A DNA stretch of 64,000 bases from Candidatus Magasanikbacteria bacterium RIFOXYC2_FULL_42_28. GTDB taxonomy: Bacteria; Patescibacteriota; Patescibacteriia; Magasanikbacterales; GWA2-37-8. Position 1 is the stretch's first letter. Each line of letters begins with the position of its first letter. The stretch is from the NCBI GenBank assembly GCA_001784435.1, contig MFQZ01000001.1, positions 82,340 through 146,339 on the forward strand, in the 5' to 3' direction. A model generated the notes under the pieces. It saw only the letters and a program-made list of their open reading frames with translations, searched no databases and had not been told where the DNA came from. Below, one piece after another: positions 20,847 through 30,693 of the stretch. The position numbers and the translations under genes are program-made.

Positions 20847-22718
20847 TTAATAATTTTGTCTAACATAATTAAGCCACCAAGTCAAATGTACTGACGGCCA
20901 AAATTGCCAGGCGTCACTCCATTGCGGTGTAGTTGACGCTAAAAAATCCTCAAAATTTTCCTTCAATTGTTTGCCATCAAAATAAGGCGACTCCATAAAT
21001 TCTCGACTATTCATATATTTTAACATAAATTGCTTTAACGGTCCCCTAAACCACTCCACCAAAGGTGCGTTAAATCCTAATTTTGTTTTATTTAAACGTA
21101 TTTCGTCGGGCACTATGCCTTGCATAGCTACACGCAAAACGCGCTTAGTATAACCGCTGCCAACTTTTGACTCTGGCGGCAAAGAAAATATAAACTCCAC
21201 CAACCGGTAATCCATGAAAGGCATACGGCATTCAACCCCGCTCCCCATAGAACAACGATCGTATTGATTAAGGATGCCAGGCAGAGGGTCTTTAAAAAAT
21301 TGTAGATATAAACTTTCATCCAGATAATTTTTAAATTGTCTCAATTCTTGATAATTTTCCTCAATAAAATCATCTCTAAAACCTAAAAATCTTAAGAATC
21401 TCTTTAAATAATATTTTATAAAATAAACAGGCAATCGGCGTTTAACTTTTCTTGCAAATTGACGCGAGCTGAATTGTGAATTTTCACCTTGGCTGGCATA
21501 AGTTTCGTAAACATCCTCAAACCACTTAGCATCAAATCTTTGTAGGGCAGCAATCAACGCTTCAGGTAAAGGTCTGTAACCGCCCAACATTTCATCCGGC
21601 CCTTGTCCATCTAGAGTAACGGAGATACCTTGACCACGGATGTGTTTATAAAGCTTCCAAATTGGAAAAAAGGCCAACGCGTGCATCGGCCCATCACACT
21701 GCCTCATAGCTTCTTCCAGTTCCTGCTCGTTTGGTTCAATCTCAACGACATCTAACGTCGCACCCAAATCACTGGATAATTTCTTTGCCTTAGATGTCTC
21801 ATCTATCTGTGAACCAGGAAACGATGCGCAAAATGCTCTATGGGTATAGTGTGAAAACCGTGCGCCTTCCGCCTTAAGATTATTAACTACAGAAACTATA
21901 CTGCCGCTATCCACTCCACCGGACAGACAAGTACCAAGCGGCACATCGCTCCGGAGCCTTAATTTGCACGAATCAACCAACAACTCTTTAAATCTATCCA
22001 CTTGCGCGGTGAACTCTGCTGGCGGCTTAAATAATCTCAAATAATACCACTTATCGATACTGACTTTTCCGTATTGGATCGTTAAATTGTGGCCATGTGG
22101 CAAAGAATAAACATCCTTTAAATAAGTTTCTTTGCTTGAATGATTAGCAAAACCACCTCTTGCTATTTCTTTTATTACAGATATATTAAGTGGCGCATTT
22201 TTACCTAGTATTTTATGAATCGCCTGAACTTCAGAAGCGAACATCAGCGTGTCATCATTTAAATAATAATATAAGGGCTTAATACCGAAACGATCCCGCG
22301 ATAATAATAATTTATTATCTTTTTGGTCATATATTGCCAACGCCCACATGCCATTAAATTTGTTTAACATACCCTCACCCCACTCAGCATAAGCGGCTAA
22401 AATAACTTCAGTATCCGAATCAGAAACGAATTGATAATTCTTGTCTAATAATTCTTGCTTAATTTCTAAAAAATTAAAAACCTCGCCGTTAAACGTAATC
22501 CAAAATCTGTCGTTTAAATAGCTCATCGGCTGGCGCCCATTAGTGGATAAATCTAATATTGCCAGGCGGCGCTGGCCCAAACCAACATTTCTATTTTCAT
22601 TAAACCAAAATCCCTCGCCATCCGGTCCGCGGTGAGCAATCGCGTCAGTTAGCCGCTTTAAAACGACCTCTTCAACCGGTTGCTGGTCTAAATTATAAAT
22701 GCCGGCAATCCCGCACAT
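20847..22718 (-). CDS. asparagine synthetase (glutamine-hydrolysing)-family amidotransferase, AsnB/WbpS-like
   Basis: N-terminal MCGIAGIY Ntn-Cys glutaminase motif. SGGVDS PP-loop at aa ~265. 623 aa. Confidence 0.8.
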   Translation of the reverse strand: MCGIAGIYNLDQQPVEEVVLKRLTDAIAHRGPDGEGFWFNENRNVGLGQRRLAILDLSTNGRQPMSYLNDRFWITFNGEVFNFLEIKQELLDKNYQFVSDSDTEVILAAYAEWGEGMLNKFNGMWALAIYDQKDNKLLLSRDRFGIKPLYYYLNDDTLMFASEVQAIHKILGKNAPLNISVIKEIARGGFANHSSKETYLKDVYSLPHGHNLTIQYGKVSIDKWYYLRLFKPPAEFTAQVDRFKELLVDSCKLRLRSDVPLGTCLSGGVDSGSIVSVVNNLKAEGARFSHYTHRAFCASFPGSQIDETSKAKKLSSDLGATLDVVEIEPNEQELEEAMRQCDGPMHALAFFPIWKLYKHIRGQGISVTLDGQGPDEMLGGYRPLPEALIAALQRFDAKWFEDVYETYASQGENSQFSSRQFARKVKRRLPVYFIKYYLKRFLRFLGFRDDFIEENYQELRQFKNYLDESLYLQFFKDPLPGILNQYDRCSMGSGVECRMPFMDYRLVEFIFSLPPESKVGSGYTKRVLRVAMQGIVPDEIRLNKTKLGFNAPLVEWFRGPLKQFMLKYMNSREFMESPYFDGKQLKENFEDFLASTTPQWSDAWQFWPSVHLTWWLNYVRQNY

Positions 22719-22719
22719 A

Positions 22720-23553
22720 TTACTTATAATAAATCTTTCTGATTATTAATTTTGGCTGTTTTAACATTAAAATAATAAAATTATATACTGAACGCGCCAA
22801 ACTCACAATTCTAACACCATCATTAATAAATACTTCCGGAATTGGTTCGTTAATTTTTCGGCCAATTAGGAAATAAGTTAAACGTTTTTTTTCACCGCGA
22901 TTTTTGGCTATACCGGAGGTATAAACATTTTGGTCTTTGCTGGATCGGCTTAAGTGGGTTAAATGCCAATAGTGATTAGTTAAAAAATAAATACTCTTCG
23001 GGCTATAAACCGTTTTATCCGTGTCCTTAAAATATAAAGTATCCTGTTCATAATAGCCACGCCATTCTATATCTTTCCGATTTCTAATAAAGCGAGGCGT
23101 ATAAAAACCGGTTCGGTTATAAAATACATCAAATTTTTCTTTATAATAAGTGTGGTAAACATCGCCGACGCAAAGATAATACGGCGAAGCCAGCCAGTTT
23201 ATACATTCGTCCACGCCATTTAACACCACAACAGCTTCTTCTATCCCCCGCTTGGTCCAAACCTCATCACCGTCAAGCAGCATAAACCAGTCAGTTTTTG
23301 TTTTTTCCAGCATTTCTTGTCTTAGCGTGGAGTGTTTAGTTTTATCACACTCACCTTTTTCTTCTAAAACAATTTTGTTGGGAAATTCCTCCGTAATTTT
23401 TTTGACGATTGAAACGGTTTCGTCAGTCGAGCCGGTATCAAAAACCAACACCTTATCAACATAATCAATAACCGAACGAATGGCAAAACCAACAAAATTC
23501 TCTTCGTTTTTTATAATACAGTGGGCGGTAATAGTTTGACGTTTATTTTCCAT
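22720..23553 (-). CDS. glycosyltransferase family 2-like
   Basis: AHCIIKNEENFVGFAIRSV...VLVFDTGSTDET N-terminal GT-A motif. Confidence 0.45.
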   Translation of the reverse strand: MENKRQTITAHCIIKNEENFVGFAIRSVIDYVDKVLVFDTGSTDETVSIVKKITEEFPNKIVLEEKGECDKTKHSTLRQEMLEKTKTDWFMLLDGDEVWTKRGIEEAVVVLNGVDECINWLASPYYLCVGDVYHTYYKEKFDVFYNRTGFYTPRFIRNRKDIEWRGYYEQDTLYFKDTDKTVYSPKSIYFLTNHYWHLTHLSRSSKDQNVYTSGIAKNRGEKKRLTYFLIGRKINEPIPEVFINDGVRIVSLARSVYNFIILMLKQPKLIIRKIYYK

Positions 23554-23592
23554 AGCTATTTTTGAGAACTACTGAATAAAGCTCTGTGTCTT

Positions 23593-24906
23593 TTATTTTT
23601 TTATAATTTTCTTTACCGCGGAAAAAAGATTTTTTGCCAGTAGTGGTCTAACCACGATTTTATAATGCCCATCTTTTAGGGCATACCCAGTTTTTACCCC
23701 AATAAATTTTAGACCAGCTCGCTGGGCGAGTTCGTAGTCGGCGGTGCGGTCGCCTATCGTGTAGCTTTTTTTTAAATCTATATTAAAATCTTTTGTTGCC
23801 AATTTAATCATATCGATTTTTGGTTTTCGGCAGCGGCAAACTATTTTATATTTTTTATTTTCGCCAGGGAATCCTTTGTCCGGGTGATGGGGACAAAAAT
23901 AAATCGCATCCAGCTTGGCGCCGGTTTTGGCCAATTCAGTTTCCATTTTTTTGTGGATCTCAAGTAGTTCCTCCATAGTACAAAAACCTTTGGCAACAAC
24001 AGGTTGGTTGGTGATTACTATTGCATAATAACCACTATGATTTATTTTTTTTATGGCCTCGACTGAACCCGGCAATAATTCAAAATTTTTTACTCGCCTT
24101 AAATCCCCCACTTCCTTATTTATTACGCCATCTCTGTCCAAAAAAATCGCCGGGCGTTTGGTACGCAAACTGCCGGCTTTAAATTTTCCGGATTTAATTG
24201 CGGCTTCTGCTTCTTGAATTCGCTGGGGCGTGCCAATGTCTTTAATATATTCCGGAGTAGAATATGCCGCTAAATTTGCGCCGCGCTTTAAAACAGTTGG
24301 AAAAACCTGCCGGCCAAAATCCACTAAAGTATTTCGGGGAATATATTTAAAAATTTTGGGACTTAAAACATAAACCGGGGTGCTGGCTAAATTCCTAAAC
24401 AGTAAATCCGGTTTATGTGGTTTGGTTAAAAAATTAGTAATTAAACCGTCTTGGCCGACTTCTACCAGATTGCTATCAAAAGGATGATCATTCGGATGCA
24501 CCGCCAGAGTTCCTACCAAACTTTTGTGTTTTATTTTTTGGAGCTTGTGATAGTTCAATAGGCGTTTAAAGTCGACGTTCATTAATTCGTCGCCATAAAC
24601 AACCAAAAAATCATTGGCCAAATATTTTTCCGCGGCCCGAACGGCGCCGGCAGTACCTAAGGGTTGATCTTCCGATATACAACGGACCGATAGCCCAAAA
24701 CGCGAACCATCGCCCGCAAATTCCCTAATTTTTTCCCCTAAATAATTAGTCAAAATTAAAACTTGGTTAAAGCCCTGGGACTTTAGCAATTTAAATTGAT
24801 GTTCCAAAAGCGATTTGCCCGCGACTTTTAGCAAGGCCTTTGGCGTAGTTTCTGAAACCACCCCCATCCTGCTGCCACGACCTCCGGCAATAATTACTAC
24901 TTTCAT
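23593..24906 (-). CDS. bifunctional D-glycero-alpha-D-manno-heptose 1-phosphate guanylyltransferase (HddC-like) / D,D-heptose 1,7-bisphosphate phosphatase (GmhB-like)
   Basis: N-terminal MKVVIIAGGRGSRMG is a sugar-1-P nucleotidyltransferase motif. The C-terminal 190 aa, AIFLDRDGVINKE...VITNQP...CPHHP...CRCRKPK, match HAD-IIIA GmhB. Confidence 0.7.
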   Translation of the reverse strand: MKVVIIAGGRGSRMGVVSETTPKALLKVAGKSLLEHQFKLLKSQGFNQVLILTNYLGEKIREFAGDGSRFGLSVRCISEDQPLGTAGAVRAAEKYLANDFLVVYGDELMNVDFKRLLNYHKLQKIKHKSLVGTLAVHPNDHPFDSNLVEVGQDGLITNFLTKPHKPDLLFRNLASTPVYVLSPKIFKYIPRNTLVDFGRQVFPTVLKRGANLAAYSTPEYIKDIGTPQRIQEAEAAIKSGKFKAGSLRTKRPAIFLDRDGVINKEVGDLRRVKNFELLPGSVEAIKKINHSGYYAIVITNQPVVAKGFCTMEELLEIHKKMETELAKTGAKLDAIYFCPHHPDKGFPGENKKYKIVCRCRKPKIDMIKLATKDFNIDLKKSYTIGDRTADYELAQRAGLKFIGVKTGYALKDGHYKIVVRPLLAKNLFSAVKKIIKK

Positions 24907-25856
24907 ACCTTTGAACTTAGTTCTTTTATAATATCGTTAGCTCCGGCTGTGAACGCTTCAACGGATGTTGGGTATTTTGGTTTCCATCCTAGATCCTTTA
25001 GCTTACTTACGTCCAACCTAACTGTGTGTACATCACCCGGCCAACCGCGAACGCCACCGGAGAATTTAATTTCTACATTTTTTAGTCCCATCGCCTCTAC
25101 TACAATTTTGGGAATATCTTTGACATAGAACGCGCCTGCGGTGCCTAGGTTAAATAAATTTACAGATCCAGACGAGTTATTTAGCCCAAACAAAATACCG
25201 TCTACGCAATCATGAACTTCGACATACGGCTTAGATTGATTGCCGTTGCCCAACACTTCTAAACTTTTTGGATTTCTCTTAAGCTTGTTATAAAAATCTA
25301 AAACCACACCATGGGTGGGCCGTTGCCCGATTATATTGCCAAAACGATATATCCACGCCTGCAAATTATAGTTATGGCAAGCGGCGGCAATAACGCCTTC
25401 GCAGGCCAACTTGCTGGCACCGTAAAAAGAAATGGGTAAGAGCGGTCCGTAATCTTCGGCCGTGGGAGATTTTGTCGCTTCGCCATAAACCACGTTGCTA
25501 GAAGTAAAAACAATTTTTTGGGTGTTATTTGCTCTCATTGCCTCTAAAACTTTGTAAGTTACCATAGTACCCTGCTCCAAATCTATGCCAGGATTTTTGG
25601 CGCTTTTGATAATGTCGGAATTGGCGGCCAAATGAAAAACCACTTCGCTGCCGGCCATGGCTTTTACTAATTCTTGGTCGTCTAACAAGTCGGCTTGAAC
25701 AAATTTGAATTGGGGGTGGCTAAAATGGTGGCTAATGTAATTTTCTTTACCCAAAGAAAGGTTGTCGTAAACAACCACCTCGTTGCCCTCTAGTATTAAT
25801 CTGTCCGTTAAGTGGCTGCCAATAAAGCCAGCGCCACCGGTGACAAAACATTTCAT
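24903..25856 (-). CDS. NAD-dependent nucleotide-sugar epimerase/dehydratase (GalE-like)
   Basis: [11 protein letters not shown]...YGASK extended-SDR motifs. 317 aa. Confidence 0.65.
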   Translation of the reverse strand: MKCFVTGGAGFIGSHLTDRLILEGNEVVVYDNLSLGKENYISHHFSHPQFKFVQADLLDDQELVKAMAGSEVVFHLAANSDIIKSAKNPGIDLEQGTMVTYKVLEAMRANNTQKIVFTSSNVVYGEATKSPTAEDYGPLLPISFYGASKLACEGVIAAACHNYNLQAWIYRFGNIIGQRPTHGVVLDFYNKLKRNPKSLEVLGNGNQSKPYVEVHDCVDGILFGLNNSSGSVNLFNLGTAGAFYVKDIPKIVVEAMGLKNVEIKFSGGVRGWPGDVHTVRLDVSKLKDLGWKPKYPTSVEAFTAGANDIIKELSSKV

Positions 25857-26983
25857 TTTATTTTAGGTAAAGTTTGTAAAACTTCTTTTAGATTTTTGGC
25901 CACATAGAGCGTCTGCTCATCGGTTATGCTGTAAAAAATCGGCAGACAAAAATGCCGCGCACATAGATACTCCGTTTTGGGTAAAACCAAATTATTGGCC
26001 CAAGGGAAAACCGGCTGTTTATGCAAAGGCAGTTCGTACACATAGCCACTTGGCTGGATTTCGCGCTTTTCCATGGCTTTGTGCACAGTGGCGCGATCGT
26101 GATTTTTTAGGACGATAATATATTTATAATAATTAAATTCGGAATTTTCTTCGGGCTGGATTATGGCGATATCTTGACAGTCCAAGAGCTCGCGGTTGTA
26201 AATTTTGGCAATTTCATTTCGGCGCTCAATAAATTTTGGCAACATCATTAATTGCCTTATACCCATGAGCGAGGATACCTCGGGCAGACGCCAGTTGTAG
26301 CCGATAGAGGTGTGATAGTTTATATAAATATCGGTCTTAACTTTGCCAAATTCGCGCATAGATTTCATTTTGGCTACCAACTCCTGATCATTAGTCGTGA
26401 CCATACCGCCTTCGCCGGTAGTCATTACTTTGGTAGAAAAAAAACTAAAACCCGAGGCCGTGCCAAAGGCGCCAGCCTTAATGCCGTTTAAAGATGAGCC
26501 GTGCGCCTGGGCGGAATCCTCAATTAAATGTAGACCGGCGTCTTTACAAATTTTTTTAATGGCCAGAATGCTTTTAGAAACCAAACCGCCAATGTGGACG
26601 TGCATCACCGCTACGGTATTTTTGTTAATTTTTTTGGCCACATCATTGGCATCCAAACACATATTATCTCCGCAATCCGCGAATACCGGCTGGCCACCGG
26701 CATTTAAAATAGCATTAACGCTGGCAATAAAAGTATTAGCCGGCACAATAACTTCTTTTCCCTCTACTCCAATCGCGCGGCAAATTAGTTCTAAGGCCGA
26801 AGTGCCGCTATTACAACCAACGCCAAACTTAGTACCAATGTAAGAGGCAAATTTAGATTCAAACTCTTTGCCATACTTGTCCATGGACAAAAAAGATTTA
26901 CCTTCTAAAATCTCCTTAAACTTTTCGGAAATAAATTCAATATCCTCTTTAAAAAAATAAGGTTTAGTGGCTGGGACTTTCAT
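25853..26983 (-). CDS. DegT/DnrJ/EryC1/StrS-family PLP-dependent sugar aminotransferase
   Basis: FSFFSTKVMTTGEGGMVTT with the catalytic Lys. 376 aa. Confidence 0.75.
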   Translation of the reverse strand: MKVPATKPYFFKEDIEFISEKFKEILEGKSFLSMDKYGKEFESKFASYIGTKFGVGCNSGTSALELICRAIGVEGKEVIVPANTFIASVNAILNAGGQPVFADCGDNMCLDANDVAKKINKNTVAVMHVHIGGLVSKSILAIKKICKDAGLHLIEDSAQAHGSSLNGIKAGAFGTASGFSFFSTKVMTTGEGGMVTTNDQELVAKMKSMREFGKVKTDIYINYHTSIGYNWRLPEVSSLMGIRQLMMLPKFIERRNEIAKIYNRELLDCQDIAIIQPEENSEFNYYKYIIVLKNHDRATVHKAMEKREIQPSGYVYELPLHKQPVFPWANNLVLPKTEYLCARHFCLPIFYSITDEQTLYVAKNLKEVLQTLPKIK

Positions 26984-28131
26984 AGTGGTTGATAAAAATT
27001 GTTAATAGTTTGGCAGACAAATTCTAATTGTTCAGCTGTTAAACTCGGAGCCGAGGGCAGGCAGATCCCAGTTTTATAAATTTCTTCGGTGACTGGGAAA
27101 GTGTGCAGATCTCTGTACGCCGGCTGCGAATGCATGGGCATAAACATTGTTCTCGCCCCTATCCCGGCCGCGCTTAAATAATCAATTAGCGGATTAGCCG
27201 CAGGCACAAAAATTACCACGCGGTGCGGCACGATGTCGCCACCGGGATTAAATTCAAACACTCTAACTTTTTCTACCCCTTTTAATTTATTTCGGTAAGC
27301 CTGTAAAATTTCTTTTTTTCGCTTGATAAAAAAAGGCGCTTTTTTTAATTGGGCCACACCGACCGCACTTTGCAATTCGGTAATCCTAAAATTGTAGCCG
27401 CGCCGATCAATAATGTCCACGCCACGCTCTTTCCGGCCATCGTGTTTATACATATTAGCTTCGTTAATCAGTTCCAAATTATCCGACAGCATCATACCAC
27501 CTTCTCCCGTGGTGATAGTTTTATCCGCAAAAAAAGATAAGACGGAAAAATCCCCGTAGGAGGCGATGGGTTTGTTTTGGTAATGGCCAAACAAGGCCGG
27601 GGCACAGTCATTGATTAAAAACAAATTATTGGCTTGGGCGTAATTCGCTATCTGCTCAATTGCGCCCACATTGCCGTAAGCCGAAATTAACAAAATGGCT
27701 TTGGTTTTGGCGGTTTTTACCGCTTTAATTGTTTCCACCGACAAACAAAGAGTGGCTGCTTCAATGTCCGCAAACACGGGTATGGCATCAGTGGCGACAA
27801 TAGAATTTGGGTCAGCGGAATGAGCAAAACTCGGAACAATCACTTCATCGCCCGTTTTTATCCCCAGCGCTTTCATACCGCTAATTAAGGCCGCTGTGGC
27901 ATTATTAAAGCAGACAGCATGCTTTCTTTGGCAGGCGCTGGCTAATTCTGCTTCAAATTGCCTCGTGTATTTACTTTCCGAGAGCCAATTCCGATTGATT
28001 ACATCAGTAATCAGTGCCAGCTCCTCTTGACCAATGGCCGGCTCGTAGCAGGGGATGATTTCTTTGCCTACCCGAGCGGTGTAGGCCTCGTAAGAAGAAA
28101 TTACTTCGCTTTTATTATCATTGGTCGTCAT
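26980..28131 (-). CDS. DegT/DnrJ/EryC1/StrS-family PLP-dependent sugar aminotransferase
   Basis: LSFFADKTITTGEGGMM with the catalytic Lys. 383 aa. Confidence 0.75.
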   Translation of the reverse strand: MTTNDNKSEVISSYEAYTARVGKEIIPCYEPAIGQEELALITDVINRNWLSESKYTRQFEAELASACQRKHAVCFNNATAALISGMKALGIKTGDEVIVPSFAHSADPNSIVATDAIPVFADIEAATLCLSVETIKAVKTAKTKAILLISAYGNVGAIEQIANYAQANNLFLINDCAPALFGHYQNKPIASYGDFSVLSFFADKTITTGEGGMMLSDNLELINEANMYKHDGRKERGVDIIDRRGYNFRITELQSAVGVAQLKKAPFFIKRKKEILQAYRNKLKGVEKVRVFEFNPGGDIVPHRVVIFVPAANPLIDYLSAAGIGARTMFMPMHSQPAYRDLHTFPVTEEIYKTGICLPSAPSLTAEQLEFVCQTINNFYQPL

Positions 28132-28142
28132 ATTCTGGTAAT

Positions 28143-29012
28143 TTACTTTATTGCTTTTAGATACTCAGCTAAGGCAATTTTAAAAGGCGTAAACAAATTT
28201 TTACCCGCGGCGATTTTTATTTTTTTGTTTTCCAAAAATGGCAAGGTCTCGCCTTCTGTTTTATCTTTTAAAAACTCTACTTTGACCTTACAAAAATCGG
28301 CTATCAGCTGACCGGCTTCGGCTACCGAAACGTATTCGTCGCCACCCAAATTATAAATCCCCGGCTGTAAATTAAAACTTTGAAAAGTGTAATTAATCAC
28401 GTCTTTATGATAGACGTACTGTAGCTGGCGCAATCCTTCGCCCCAAATGTTTATTTGTCCTTTTTCTAAACATTCTTTAACAAACTGCAAAATGGTGTTG
28501 GGGTGTTTTGCTTCGCCCGACCCAAAAACCGAGCAAAGCCGAAAGATCAAACTATTTTTGTGATTACGCAAAATAAACTGCTCAAAAAAAGATTTAGCCA
28601 CGCCAAAATTGTGATGCGGCTTAAGCGGGCTATCTTCGCTCGTGATGGTATCCGTAGACAAACCACTATAGACATAAGAAGAACTGTAATAAATTAACCG
28701 ACAATCGGGAAAATCGATTAAAGCTTTTAAAATATTGCTTAAGCTGAAAAAATCTTCTAAAAATGGGTCGTAAAGATTGTCTTTATAAATAAGCGCGGAG
28801 TGCGCCCCGGCGTGGATCAATATGTCGGGCTTAAAATCTTTAATCGCGGCCTGAATTTTTTGAGCATTGCCTAAATTAAAACTGACTACCCCGGGCCCAG
28901 TTTGGGGCTCTTTATCAATACCAAAAAAATCCAAATTTTGTTTTTTTGCCTCTTCTGCTAGACCGAGCCCGATATAGCCAAGGTTGCCTGTAATAAGAAT
29001 TTTTGGTCCCAT
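28143..29012 (-). CDS. NAD(P)-dependent sugar epimerase/reductase (SDR)
   Basis: ILITGNLGYIGLGL Rossmann motif. 289 aa. Confidence 0.5.
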   Translation of the reverse strand: MGPKILITGNLGYIGLGLAEEAKKQNLDFFGIDKEPQTGPGVVSFNLGNAQKIQAAIKDFKPDILIHAGAHSALIYKDNLYDPFLEDFFSLSNILKALIDFPDCRLIYYSSSYVYSGLSTDTITSEDSPLKPHHNFGVAKSFFEQFILRNHKNSLIFRLCSVFGSGEAKHPNTILQFVKECLEKGQINIWGEGLRQLQYVYHKDVINYTFQSFNLQPGIYNLGGDEYVSVAEAGQLIADFCKVKVEFLKDKTEGETLPFLENKKIKIAAGKNLFTPFKIALAEYLKAIK

Positions 29013-29049
29013 AGTAACAGAACAATTATATTTTAAATTGATGTAAGAG

Positions 29050-30099
29050 TCAAGTGTTGGGCGCGCGCTGTCGCGCGAAATATTTTAGCAAAAACTTAAT
29101 TTTTTTACCCGCAGGAATATTAGCACTGACGGGGGAATTTTTGAACTGATTAAAAACAAATTTACCAAAAGATAAATTACGGACAAGCAGGGAGTACCAA
29201 AAATAACCGACCATAAACGACAGGGCGGAATCAGAATAAAAATGGTTTGCGCGATTGGCGGCCAATAATTTGGATAGCCACTCCCCCGCTTTTGCGATAA
29301 ATTCCTCTGTTTTCGGAGCATCAAAGCGGGCAATATATTTGTGCACAATTAGCTCCTCTTTAGTTGGAGTAATGCCGAGATAGTTCAACTCTCTGCCTAA
29401 AATTTGGTCGGCGCAAACCTCTACTTTTTCTTTAAGGACGGAACTGCGATTATCACCGTGCACGCGATAGAGGAGGAGAACTTGGCCAAGGTTAGCGATT
29501 TTAAGATACTTAACGGCACGCGACCAGAGGCCAAAATCTTCAGTCACTTCATCGGCACTGTAGGCAAGAGAGTGTTGGATAATTAACTGGTGGCGCAAAA
29601 TGACCGATGGGTGCGCCATATGACAATGAAAAAGCATGGCGGCTTTTACCCTATCCGGTTGGGTTTGGTATTTCCAAACAAAAGTTTTTTCGCCACCGAT
29701 AACACGCACCCAGGTACCCGAAGCCCCCAAATCCGGATTGCGGTCCATAAACTTAACTTGAGCGGATAATCTACCGGGCAAACTGACATCATCTGCGTCC
29801 ATCCGCGCGATGTACTCACCTTGCGCGAGCTCTAATCCTCGGTTGAGCGTGTCGCCGATACCTATTTTTTTTTCGTTATTAATAAGGCGGACGCGCGGAT
29901 CGCGGTAGGATTTTATAATCTCTTCAGTATTGTCGGTAGAGCGATCGTTAATAATAATAAATTCAAAATCAGGATAGGTTTGATTAAGAATACTATCAAT
30001 CGCCTCGCGCAAATATTTGGCACCGTTGTAGACCGACATCAGAACCGATGCCTTGGGAGCGCGGCCCGGAATGGCTATTTTTTTGGTTGTTTGGAACAT
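29050..30099 (-). CDS. glycosyltransferase family 2
   Basis: LMSVYNGAKYLREAIDSILNQTYPDFEFIIINDRSTDNT...MDADD. Confidence 0.65.
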   Translation of the reverse strand: MFQTTKKIAIPGRAPKASVLMSVYNGAKYLREAIDSILNQTYPDFEFIIINDRSTDNTEEIIKSYRDPRVRLINNEKKIGIGDTLNRGLELAQGEYIARMDADDVSLPGRLSAQVKFMDRNPDLGASGTWVRVIGGEKTFVWKYQTQPDRVKAAMLFHCHMAHPSVILRHQLIIQHSLAYSADEVTEDFGLWSRAVKYLKIANLGQVLLLYRVHGDNRSSVLKEKVEVCADQILGRELNYLGITPTKEELIVHKYIARFDAPKTEEFIAKAGEWLSKLLAANRANHFYSDSALSFMVGYFWYSLLVRNLSFGKFVFNQFKNSPVSANIPAGKKIKFLLKYFARQRAPNT

Positions 30100-30680
30100 A
30101 CGTAATCAAAATAATCCGAAAAATATTTAATAATCACGTGCAAAATAACGTCGTGCACGCCTTCTACCGTGTCGTAGCGGCCGGGTTCGGTTTTAACGAA
30201 GATTTTGGCGTCGGCCAGTTGGTTTAACTTGCCACCGTCAAAACCGGTAAACGCGATTACTTCTACGTTTTTGGCTTTGGCCAACTCTACCGCCTTGATA
30301 ACGTTAACCGAGTTACCCGAGCTGCTGATGGCGATAACACAATCACTTTCTTGCAAATAATTTTGCAAGGGACCGGCAAAAACCATATCAAAGCCCACGT
30401 CATTGGCCCAGGCCGAAAGTTCGGATTCGGTAGAGGGCAGGCGGATAGCCTGAAAGCGCCTGCTTTGACTGCTAAGATTGTGGCTAAAAACGGTTTTATT
30501 AAAATCACTTACCCAATGGGTAGCCAGAGCCAGCGAGCCGCCGTTTCCAAAAATATAAATGCGCCCGTCGCGCTCAAAGACGGATTGGATAATATTGATG
30601 GCTTTGGCGAGTTCTCCGAGCGGCAAATTTTGGAGTGCCGAGACGCTTTCGTTGATTAAAACTTTTAGTGATTGTTCCAT
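30075..30680 (-). CDS. gmhA: sedoheptulose 7-phosphate isomerase (SIS domain)
   Basis: 201 aa. RIYIFGNGGSLALATHWVSDF SIS motif. Adjacent to GHMP heptose kinase. Confidence 0.7.
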   Translation of the reverse strand: MEQSLKVLINESVSALQNLPLGELAKAINIIQSVFERDGRIYIFGNGGSLALATHWVSDFNKTVFSHNLSSQSRRFQAIRLPSTESELSAWANDVGFDMVFAGPLQNYLQESDCVIAISSSGNSVNVIKAVELAKAKNVEVIAFTGFDGGKLNQLADAKIFVKTEPGRYDTVEGVHDVILHVIIKYFSDYFDYVCSKQPKK

Positions 30681-30693
30681 ATAATAACTTTTT

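Noticed and set aside
29056-29078. CGCGCG-ctgt-CGCGCG hairpin at the 3' end of the GT2 gene 29050-30099
   Set aside because: It lies inside the coding sequence and is not followed by a T-tract, so it is unlikely to be a terminator. It may simply encode the …QRAPN C-terminus.
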